From NCBI RefSeq assembly GCF_026210795.1, contig NC_089433.1:1736001-1800000 (forward strand): a DNA stretch of 64,000 nucleotides, written 5' to 3'. Positions 38,549 through 50,623 of this stretch are shown piece after piece; within the stretch, counting starts at the first letter, position 1, and each line of letters starts with the position of its first letter. A model generated the notes under the pieces. It had not been told where the DNA came from, did no database searches, and saw only the letters and a list, made by a program, of their open reading frames with translations. The position numbers and the translations under genes are program-made. The stretch is from Rhizophagus irregularis (taxonomy: Eukaryota).

Positions 38549-39788
38549 CCGTATTTTGCAGGCCACAGTACCCCGGCCCCCCCTATGCACAGTACCCACA
38601 TGAAAATTTTTTTGGTTTTTTAAAGTACCCAGATATTTGCATGGAGATATTCGATTTTTAACCTTCAAAATTTGTAAAATACCCGGGTATAATGCTAGGA
38701 ACTGTATTGTAAAATAAATTACGCAATATAAATTCCTGTACCCCCCTAAGCACAATACCCATGCTGTATTCTTCCACATAATATACTCCGGATATAACCT
38801 CCAGCCTCCTAAAATATGTATCGGTAATGGAACTTCTATTTCCAATAAAATGTCATTGGAAACTTCCAAGAACATTACTGCTTGTCAACAATCCAGAAAA
38901 TTATTTGCAATATAAACGCAGCTCCCCTACCAGATTTATATAGTACATTATGATGAGCTCGGCTGGCATTACGTACAAGAAAAAGGTGTTTATTTTTGTG
39001 ACTTTAAAGTAAATATTGCATTTCTGTAAAAAGGGGATATACTGCTTATAGGAAATTAATGCGGTACGATCTGCCCTGATCTGGTCTTTATTCCGATGCG
39101 TCGCCAATGCAGTGTAGTAATTTTTTCCGTAGTTAGATCATCGGATTGCGTGTATTTTAATGTAAAGAAATTTAGTTGCATATTCTTTGGTCAATCATAT
39201 ATATGGTATATATGATAATACATATTTATTATGTAATTATTTTACTTTAATTGAAGGAAATTTTTTAAGGTTAGTTGGTGGTGAAGGAACCTTGATATAA
39301 CGGAACATAAGACTTGATATATTGAAATGGATTATCATAATCTAATAGTGATAGTTTTTTTAAAAAAAATTACAGCGTTCCATTGTGCAGTCAAATATAA
39401 TAAATAATGATCTAATTAAAAAATTTTCAGAAAAATGATCACGTGTCTGAGTTTCTTCGGAATAAAAAACTAGAAAATTTAGAAAAATGGTCATTTATCG
39501 AGTGATGGGTTTTAAACGGCATTATTTCGCCGGGGACTGTAAACTTTGATTTGCATTTTTATATGACTCTGGTAGATAAACTATATTTTGTTTATAACTC
39601 GAATAAAATAATCGACACAAATTTATTGCCCTATGATAGGGTTGTTTTACATAAATTATTACAAAAAAATACAACCATGTCACTTCTTATTGGTTGTTTA
39701 TATAATCTTTTCTATTTAGAATAATTTTATATTTCAAACTGGCACTCTATCCGTATCCTATGACAACACTGTTCCAAAGGAATACCAT

Positions 39789-42106
39789 TTAATTATTTTT
39801 TACTCTATTTTCAAAAACTAAGCCACTTTGAGAAGGTGATGTTAATGGTCCAATAAATATTTTATCTTCAATTTTTCCACTTTTTGTTGAAATTTTGTAA
39901 TTCAAAATAACCTTATGTAAAAACAATTTTGTTTCATTAATTGCAAAAAATCGACTAATAAAAAAAGAAAGGCTTTGTTAATTATAGACAAAAATTTGCA
40001 GATAAAATATTTTGTTCATAAAAATAAATACCCAGGACACGCATGTCTACCGCCACCGAAGACAATATAAGAACGATCAACTTTTGTCGCAGGAGATTTT
40101 GCATTTACAAATCGGAATGGTTTAAATTCTTCAGCATCATCACCAAAATTTTCTTTTGCTTTTAACATATCATCAGAATACAAACTAATCTTACGTCCTA
40201 TATACAAAAAAAAAAGATTAGATGTTAATAATAAATACACATTATTAAAATATAAATGATTTTTATTAATTTACCTTCTGGGATTGTAAAACCATTAGAG
40301 AAAGTGTAACTTTTCGATATCATGTGATGACCCAAATTAACTGAATGTAAAATAAATATTATTTTAATATCATAATTATAATTTAATATGTATGGAGAAT
40401 TAAGATTATGCTTACTTATGTTACCAGCGTGTCTCAATGATTCCTTAACTAAACTATCTAATTTCACCATATTTTGAACATCAGCCAAAGTTACTGATCC
40501 ATTACATTCTTTATCAAATGCCAATGCTTCTTCATATAATTCATTTAATACTTCTGGTCTTCCAGCCATATCTAAAGTAATATAAAATTAAATAAATAGA
40601 ACTTTACATGATGAATATTATCTTAAAATTATATGATTACCATATAATGCGTCAACTGCTGCTCTACTTGTTGTGTTGATTGCGGCAAAAGAAATAGAAA
40701 ATAGGTTATCAACATGAAAATGAAGATTATTAGGTTTTGTATTATCAAAATTCGGTCGACTCATATAATAATCCAATAAATCATTCTAGTATAAACATTA
40801 AGGCACGGGTTAATTATAGTAATTTTCAAATTTCAAACAATAGTTTTACTTACATAAGGTTTATAATTATCACCAAGCTCCTTTCTTTCTTTTAAACGTT
40901 TTTCAACTACTGGTCTTAAACGATTTACTACAATGTCTCGATGACGTGATACCGGACTCCATCCAAATTTAAAGGGTATACTAATAAATAATATTACTAT
41001 CAGTTATCGGATTACTTTTTTAATATAAATATCAGTAAATAACAATAAATATAAAACATGCTCACGTGAGTACGAATTCGTGTAGTTTCTTATGAATGAA
41101 AAATAAAATCGGTGGAATTACCAACAATGGACCCAGATCAAAAGCCAAGTCTCCTAATGCCTTCACTAAATCTTCATGAGATGCCGCTTCCTAATGTATA
41201 TTAATGTTTTACTCATAAGTCTTAAAGAATAATAATTTACATATTTATAAATTGATCTTATATAATTACTGACTTCTCCAACAAGAACGTTCGCAATTGG
41301 TAAAGCGATGATGTAATTAATCAAATTCCAAGCGTTATAAACTACCTTGGGTTCTAAAATTCAATAAATAAAAGAATGAATGATAGAATATTGCGGTGAA
41401 GACAAATGTGGTAGGTATCATACCATTACAATCTCCGATCGAATTTTCTATTCCTTTTATGAGGTATTTTTGTACGATGCCAATATTTATATCAAGTTTG
41501 CCAGAAACTTGTTCTCTTGCAGTTCTGGCATGAAATTCGGGTTTATCATCACTATAAGGGAGAAGTTGGTCTAAAGGAAAAGTCTATTAAAAAAAGTTTA
41601 TATATTAATTTCGGTTTAATTTGATGAGGTATGTTTATAGTACACAATATTTTAAGATAATTACCTCCTTCGTTGCTGATATCATATCAAAGTTATCAGG
41701 ATTTCTGAACACTTCAGTCAATGTATCTCTTGAAAGAATTGTCATCACTTCTCCAAATATATAAATTGAAAAACAATCACCATACTAATAAACGGATATA
41801 CGTATATGTTAAAGAACTTTTTTTTTTAAAAAAAAAAAGTTAAAATGTTTAATGATTACCTGTTCTTTACATTCTTTAATGAATTTTTTTGTGTTAAATA
41901 AATAATCATACGTATGTCCGAGAATTGGAATCGTATAAGGCACAAGTGGAGGTTCGTTCTATAAAATAAAGTAAGGTAAGCAAAGTTTACAAAATCAATC
42001 CAATTATGAATTCATTTTTACTTACTTTGCCTATACGAGGACGTCTTACGATATAAAGAATTATCACAAAAATAACGAATAATTGAAACATTGAAACTTC
42101 AATCAT
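39789..42106 (-). CDS. Cytochrome P450 copy 4, 12 exons
   Basis: FAAINTTS, LDSLVKESLRHAG, FGGGRHACPG|RFFA. Confidence 0.93.
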
Positions 42107-43159
42107 TGTGTAAGTCTTTTTTTGTAAGATAATGTGTTGAAAAATGGAAACTAGCTTTTTGTAAGATAATGTGTTAAAAAATGAAAATTAGATTTCTTGT
42201 AAGATAATATTAATTGAAAATGAAAGTTCTTTTAAAAAAAAAGTAATCAACCCTCCATTTTTATAACAAAATTTACGGAAGTTTATGAGTAATTCGGCAA
42301 TATAGTAATTCCTTTGTTTCTTATATTGAGAATAGAGTATGTTATTTATTTCTTATACAACCTATAACAAACTTGCGAAACCAGTACAATTTTTTTTTAC
42401 ACATTTCAATACCAAGAGAAGTGATGTGCATCATCTAATTCCTTGGAAATTTCCAATGCACATCAAATTAGTTCATAATCTCCTAAATTTTATTTAATAA
42501 ACATGGAGTGTACTGTTTTCGGTATTATGACAGTTCATAACCTCCTAAATTTTATTTAATGAACAAGCCCTATAAAAACGAAATGAGTTAAATTTGTTTA
42601 ATATTTGTGCTCGTGTAATAAATATCTAAAAAAGCACCATTTTGTTTAATTTTTGTTTTTTTGTAATAAGTCATAAATCGGACAAAATGGTGCTTTTTTG
42701 GACGTTTTTTACACATGAACACAAATATAACACATTTCATTTTTATGGGGAAGGAGTGTACTGTTTTCAGCATTATGACGGTAATATATTTGAACCGAAT
42801 AGCCGTAATTCCGAATTACCCAAATTCAGTTTTCTTTTAAGTTCGATTGGACCTCGGAATTTTTTTTTTCCTTTTCATTTTTACAGTCTCCGGCGAAACC
42901 AATGCGGTTAGTTTTTTTTTAATCTATGTACGGATTTTTATAATAAAATATGATATATTGATTATAATGCTTTTTATATCACTGTGTTTCTAAATTTGAC
43001 TTTGCATTTATTAACGCTATAAATTACACTATTAATTGTCGCATTATTTTTAAAATAATTTCACTATCTCACAAATAAAGAAATGATTTTTTTTCGTATT
43101 ACTATTTCTTATATTAAATTTTCTCAAAAAGGATTGAGAGAGCTGAATTTACTACGCGA

Positions 43160-43757
43160 TCAGAATCTCGTATAATACAAACTCGATACTCATAATTCCG
43201 ACAAATCATAATCCCGAAAATTCAAAATCCATTGTTTCCGACATTCATTATCCCGAGTCCCGACTCCCGACACTCATTAATTCCGACACTTATTATCTCT
43301 TGACTATTATAATAGCAACATGAATACAAAAATTTTAATAACGGTACATTAAAATATTAATCGGTATATTAAATATGCAAAGACTTACATTTTTATTTAA
43401 TATAAAGTAAAATTTTTAAAAAAAATTATTTTTTCTACAAAATAAAAACTTTTTAATAATTAATAATTACTTATTAATTTGGCAAAGTATTATTAAAATT
43501 ATCAAATATTAATTTTCGAGAATTATTTTAAAAATCTTTACATATTAATGAAAATATTTAATGTCATGTGACGATTAGTAGTAAAAAGCATAAATTTTTT
43601 TCGAAATACTTAGAAGTACAGTATTAATCGCTACAAAGTATTACAAAATTATTACGTCTATCAAAAACTGAAAAAGATAATAAGTGTCGGGATAATAAGT
43701 GTCAAGATTTTGAATTTTCAGGATTATGATTTGCCAGAATCGGGTTACGGGAATCCG
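43160..43757. mobile_element. MITE with long, internally repetitive inverted termini (Mutator-like by layout)
   Basis: Left caaatcataatcccgaaaattcaaaatc...ccgacacttattatc; right gataataagtgtcgggataataagtgtcaagattttgaattttcaggattatgatttg is its reverse complement; AT-rich interior. Confidence 0.65.
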
Positions 43758-45121
43758 CAAGTCACTTCAAACATTATAAAAGAAGTTTTAGATTCAAAAG
43801 TGATATTCACTGGAAGATCGGAAGCACTTTCATCTTCCAATTCCAATGCCTATTCCAATTCTAGTAGATTTTTATTGGAAGCTTGGAAACACCTTTATCA
43901 TGTGAAAAATTTCGTCCAATAATAATTAATTATATAAAAAAATTTGGCATTGATAAATCTCACCGCAGGTGATTCCGGTATTTAGCAAATATTAACGGGC
44001 AGAGTTTAACACTAATTTTAGTAAAGTGAATAATCACCAGCGGTGATATTTAGCAATACTCGACATTTTATTAAAACTTTTAAGCTCTCATTTTGCTATT
44101 GCTGGATGTGTGTACTCATTTAAAAGATCACCTTTCAGGCTACTATTCAAATTTTTTCTTAATATCTCTTCCTCTTACATTTAATCATGAATATAACTAC
44201 ATTGGAAAATCAAATAACCTACGTCAATTTCCAGATCCAATAATTCAAATTCTTTCCAATAGAACTTCCAATTCCAATAAAATGTCATCAGAAACTTCCA
44301 AGAACACCACTTCTTATAATCTAGGTAATTATTTGGTAATTGAATCCAGATGACTCTTTAAGAATAGGATCGGAACAGTTTAGATAGTTAATCATTTTAT
44401 TCTCGTCTCTAACTTCTATGTAATATATGATGTGGTTTTGATTTTTTTATGATTTATCGAAAAAATTATATTTGCTTAGTCACATTGTAATATTTTACTT
44501 TAATTGAAGGGAATTTTCTAAGGTTAGTTGGTAATGAAAAGCAAAGATATTATTAATGTTATTTTTCATATTTTTGCCGCATGATAAATCATGTGACCTG
44601 AGGTCTGAAGTTTGACAATATCCCGTGTCACTGCCCCCTATATGTATATACCTGCTAACTGTTTACAATTCTCATTCAATGTTACAAAAAGTTAACAACT
44701 TCATAATTAGTGTATCTAATAGTGATAGATGCCATTTAGAAGTAGAATAAAGATAACGACAGTAATTAAAATTACTTTTTTTAATTTATTATTAGTGTTC
44801 CATTGTTGCAGTTAAATATGACTCAATCAGAATAATGGTGGGTTAAGACTTAAGACCAACATTATTTCGTCGGGGACTGTAATTGTTTTTTCTCTCAATT
44901 TAACTCAGATAAAATAATCGACACAAAATTCTAGTATATTAATTATTTAACATAAAAGATACTTCCATTGTTAATAATTTACAGAAAATACAGACGCCAG
45001 CATCGTGTCACTTTTTATTGGTTGCTTAATTTATTTTGTTCTTATATTTTTTCTTTTCTATTTAAATAATTTTATATTTCAAACCGACACTCTATCTATA
45101 TCCTATAGCAACACTACTATT

Positions 45122-47634
45122 TTATTTATTTTTTACTTTATTTTCAAAAACTAAGCCACTTCGAGAAGGTATTGTATATGGTCCAATTAATAATTTTTCT
45201 TCAATTTTTCCACTTTTTGTTGAAACTTTGTACTTCAAAATAAACTTATGTAAAAACAATTTTGTTTCATTAACTGCAAAAAATCGACTGATAAAAAAAA
45301 AAGATTGTTAGTTATAGGCAAAATTTGGATAAAAATATTTTGTTCATAAAAATAAATACCCAGGACACGCGTGTTTGCCACCACCGAAAATAATATAAGA
45401 ACGATCAACTTTTGTCGCAGGAGAATTTGCATTTACAAATTGAAATGGTTTAAATTCTTCAGCATCATTACCATAATATTCTTTTGATTTTAACGCATCA
45501 TCAAAATACAAAATTGTCTTGCGCCCTATTCACAAAAGAAATTAGATGGTAATAATAATTTTAAAATATAAAAATATAAAAACAACTTTACCTTTTGGAA
45601 TTGTAAAACCATTAGAAAAAGTAAAACTTTTTGATATCATGTAGTGAGCTAAATTAACTGAATGTAAAATATGTATTATTTCAATTACAATTATAATTAT
45701 AATTTAATATGTATGGAGAATTAAGATTATGCTTACTTATGTTACCAGCGTGTCTTAATGATTCCTTAACGAAACTATCTAGTTTTACCATTTTTTGAAC
45801 ATCGGTCAAAGTTACTAATCCATTACATTCTTTATCAATTGTCAATGCTTCTTCATATAATTCATTTAATACTTCTGGTCTTCCTGCCAAATCTAAAATA
45901 ATATAAAATAAAATAAATAAAACTTTACAAATAAATTTCTTTTATAAAAATTGTATGCTTACCATATAATGCGTCAACTGCTGCTCTACTTGTTGTGTTA
46001 ATTGAGACAAAAGTCATAACAAATAAGTTGTCAACATGATAAGGAAGATTATTGGGTTTTGTATGATCAAAGTCCGGTTGATTCATATAATATTCCAATA
46101 TATCATTCTAGTATGGACGTTACGGATACGAATTAATTGATATAATAATAATTTTCAAACAATAATTTTACTTACATAAGGTTTATAATTATCACCAAGC
46201 ACATTTTTTTCTTTTAAACGTTTTTCAATTACTGGTTTTACACGATTCATTACCACTTCTCGATGACGTGATACTGGATTCCATCCAAATTTCATAGGTA
46301 AACTAATAAATAATATTACTATAAGTTATCAGATAACTTTCTATGTATATAAATACCTGCATGGTAAAAGCAAACATGCTCACGTAATTACGAATTCGTG
46401 TAGTTTCGGGTGAATGAAAGATAAAATTGGTGGAATTATTAATAATGGACCCAGATCAAAAGCCAAGTTTTCAAATGACTTCACTAAATCCTCATGAGAT
46501 GCCGCTTCCTAATGTATATTAAGGTTTTACTCTTAAAGAATAATTTACATAATTTATAAATCGATCTTATATAATTACTGACTTCTCCAACAAGTATGTT
46601 TGCAATTGGTAAAGAGATGATGCCATTAACCATATTCCAAGCGTTATAAATTGTCTTGGGATCTAATATTCAATAAATATAAGAATAAATAATATAATAC
46701 TGTGATGGCAAATGCTGATTGGTGTGATATCGATTATGAAATTTGGATCCGTTATACGATATCTAATAGATATCCGAGAATGGATACCAATCTTGAATTA
46801 TCCGGATAATCCAGATTTATCTGAAAGGATCCAATTATTCAAACTCTAACTGATTATATATATCATTGAGCATACCATTACAATCTCCGATCCATTTTTC
46901 CATTCCTTTTAAGAGATATTTTTGTACGACGCCAATATTTAAATCGAGTTTACCAGAAACTTGTTCTCTTGCAGTTTTAGCATGAAATTTGACACTTTCT
47001 CTGTTTGTACCGCCATTATAAACAAGAAGATGTTGTAAAGGAAGAACCTATTAAAAAAAAAAAATAACAAATATAATTTTTAATGAGTATAGACGCAAAA
47101 TGTCATTACTGTATATACAAAAAATATTATATTATAATACTTTTTCAATTGCGCTAAAAATCATAGATGTTGTGTTCATTTTAAGATAATTACCTCATTT
47201 GCTGCTGATATTAAATCAAAGTCATCAGGATTTCTAAACACTTCAATCAATGAATCTCTTGAAAGAATTGTCATAACTTGTCCGAATACATAAATTGAAA
47301 AACATTCACCATACTAATTAATGGATACACGTAAATGTTAAAAAATTTGTTTTTGTTTTTCAAAGAAAAAAGATTAAGATATTATTTATTACCTGTTCTT
47401 TACATTCTTTAAAGAATTTTTTTGTGTTAAATAAATAATTATATGTATGCCCAAGAATTGGAATTGAATAAGGTACAAGCGGAGGTTCGTTCTATAAAAT
47501 AAGGTAAGCAAAGTTTACAAAATTAATTTATGATTACAACCGAATTTGCTTACTTTGCCTATACGAGGACGTCTTATGATATAAAGAATTATCATAAAAA
47601 TAACGAATATTTGAAACGCTGAAAATTCAATCAT
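45122..47634 (-). CDS. Cytochrome P450 copy 5, 12 exons, two expanded introns
   Basis: FVSINTTS, LDSFVKESLRHAG, FGGGKHACPG|RFFA; extra sequence in introns near 46715-46865 and 47090-47170. Confidence 0.92.
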
Positions 47635-48285
47635 CGTGTCAGTCTTTTTTTTCCTGTAAATTAGCCTTTTTGTAAGATAATGTTAAAATTAACTTTCTTG
47701 TAAGATAATGTGTTTAAAAATGGAAATTATAGATAATGTGTTAAAAATTGGAATATTTATAATAAAATTTATTAGGGTTTTAATATAAGTAATTCGGCAT
47801 TATAGTTTATGAGATCCCCGTTAACGTGTGCTACAATTAACATTTTATATATTTTATTGGTTCCGACCGACACGCAATGTAACATATTTATCCCCAAATA
47901 TTTTTTGCCTTAGACAGAAGAATAAAAGATAAGCAAATATTTACTTATTTCAAGTAATTACATAATAAATTACGGTGACCAATAAGAATTGGTCCGGAGC
48001 ATAGCGAAGGTCTATTTCTATTTATGCATATTTAATGAAGCTGTCTAATGGATCTAGTTTACTATAAGCATTTTAATAAATTTCCGTGCGTGTAATCTGT
48101 GTAAACTGTGTACAAAAAAAAAAAAATTTGATATTAAGCTATCTTTTATCGCATTACTATCATATGTGATTAAATAATCATTACGAAAAAAAAATTATTA
48201 AACATATTGTCGTAAATAAATTTTGAATTTTTTGAATAGATAAAACTGAAGTAGATAAGTTAAAAGAATTTTTAAGTATTTCCCA

Positions 48286-50623
48286 TTATTTTCTGTTTTC
48301 AAAAATTAAAGAACCCCTAGGAGGTAATGTGCTTGGACCAAGGTATGTCTTATTTTCAATCTTACCACTCTTTGTTTTAATATTGTATCTCAAGATTAAT
48401 TTATGAAATATAATTTTTGCCTCATGAATAGCAAAAAATCGACTATAAGAAATAAAATAAGATTGTAATGGAGTAAGCGATAGTATATATAATTTTTTTT
48501 AAAGCCCATTTAAATATAAAATATAATTTACCCGGGACATGCATGTTTTCCTCCACCAAAAACAACATAATTACGATCAACTTTTGTTGCAGGAGAATTT
48601 TCATTTACAAATCGAAATGGTTTAAATTCATCAGCATCATCACCATAAAAATCTTTTGATTTTAATGCATCATTCACATACAAATTTATTCTACGTCCTA
48701 TATACAAAAAAAGTTAAGAAATTGTTTATTTTGGTAAAACTATTATTAATTACTCACCTTTTGGAACTGTATAGCCGTTGGAAAACGTATAACTTTCTGA
48801 TATAACTTTATGAAGACGCTTCACTAAATTGCATTATATTGAAATAAGTAAAATATTTTTATTACAAATATTTAGGAACAGAAACAAAATAATCCATACG
48901 TGTATCATCCGAATGCCTAAGCACTTCTTTGACGAAACTATCTAGTTTCTTCATTTTTTGAACATCAGCAAAACCAATCGAACCATTGCATTCTTTGTCA
49001 ATCATCATTGCTTCTTCATATAATTCATTAAAGCAGTCTGGTCTTCCCGCCATATCTAAGTTAATAAATAATATTTATACATAGTTATACATAATAACGG
49101 AATAAACACTTGTTCCCATTCATCACAAGAATTACCAAATAATCCATTTGTAACTGCACCGCTCGTTGTTCCGATGGCGCCAAAAGTTAGTACAAATAAG
49201 GCGTCAACGTAATAATGTAATTTTGAGTAATCGAAATCCGGTTGACTCATATAGTATTCAAGTGCATCAAACTAATATGATTCATAAAATAAATATTTTT
49301 TTTAAAAAAAGAGGAATAAATAGTATATGAAAAAAGAAACTTCATCTTTAATTACATAAGGTTTATAATCTTTTCCAAGCGTTTTTTTCTCTTTGATACG
49401 TTTTTCGATTACCGGTTTTATTTGATTGATTATAATTTTTCGATGACGTGCAACTGGATTCCACCCAAATCTCAAAGGCAAGCTAATCAAAAAAATTATA
49501 GTAAGAATAAATAATAAAATGACATAGTAATTATGAACTCACGTGATAACGAATTCGTGAAGTTTCGGATGGATAAAAGAAAAAACTGGCGGAATTGCTC
49601 CTAATGGACCTATATCGAAAGCAAAGTCTCCCAATGACTTTGTCACATCTTCATGAGATGCAGCTTCCTAACGTACAAAAAAATTCTCAAAAATCAAATA
49701 TATATTAACTCAACAATGATATATAACGTGAATTACCTCTCCAACCATTATATTAGCCACTGGTAAAGCGATTATATTATTTGTTAGTGACCAAATACTA
49801 CGAAATTCTTTTGGTTCTAAAAATTAATAAATATAGAATCAATATTGAAAAGCAAATAGATAGTAAAAAAATGAATTTTGAGAAATAAAGACTGATATTT
49901 TTTTTACCTTTACAATCTCCAATCCATTTATCAATTCCTTCCACGATATATTTTCGTATTACTGGAGTGCAAACTTCTATCTTAGCAGAGATTTTTTCTC
50001 TAGCGAGCTTGGCATTAATATGAGCTACTTTTCCAAAATCACCAACATTTTCAAAGATCATATTGAAAGGAAGAATCTACAATAAAAAAAAAAGTTCAAA
50101 ATTAAACAATTTTTATGACTGGTCTCATTTTCCTCAATTACCTCGAATATATCCAATTCAAAGACTTCCCGATTTATTAACACTTCACTCAATGAATCTC
50201 TCGAAACAACCGTCACCACATATCCGAATACATAAACTGAAAAGCATTCACCATACTAATAATTGAATGCACATAAATTTCGTTAATTTTTTTTTTTTTC
50301 AAAAAAGAAAGAATTAGAATATTTAATAATCACCTGTTCCTTACATTCTTTCAAGAATTTTTGTGTGTTAAATAAGTAATTATACGTATGTCCGAGAATT
50401 GGAATTGTATAAGGCACAAGCGGTGGTTCGTTCTAAAATTAATTAAGATTTAAAAGAAACTAAAAAATGAAAAGCCATTAAATTATCCGGCAGAAACAGT
50501 TTTTAAGTCAGTCTTACTTACTGCAGCAATACGAGGACGTTTTATTATATAAAAAATTATCAAAATGATAATCCCAACGATATATGTCTGGAATACTGAA
50601 GTTTCTTTTAAATATTCTCCCAT
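48286..50623 (-). CDS. Cytochrome P450 copy 6, most divergent, 12 exons
   Basis: MGEYLKETSVFQTYIVGIIILIIFYIIKRPR, FGAIGTTS, LDSFVKEVLR, FGGGKHACPG|RFFA. Confidence 0.93.

Noticed and set aside
38483..39107. Minus-strand ORFs of 130 and 68 aa
   Set aside because: Span pseudogene antisense and repeat relics; part is homologous to non-coding 44240-44350
9890..50623. ERG3 plus the P450 array as a sterol-derived biosynthetic gene cluster
   Set aside because: ERG3 sits in the housekeeping block about 13 kb away with unrelated genes between; no synthase, transferase or transporter lies next to the array
1..50623. U12-type minor introns
   Set aside because: No (G/A)TATCCTT donor seen at the intron boundaries I traced
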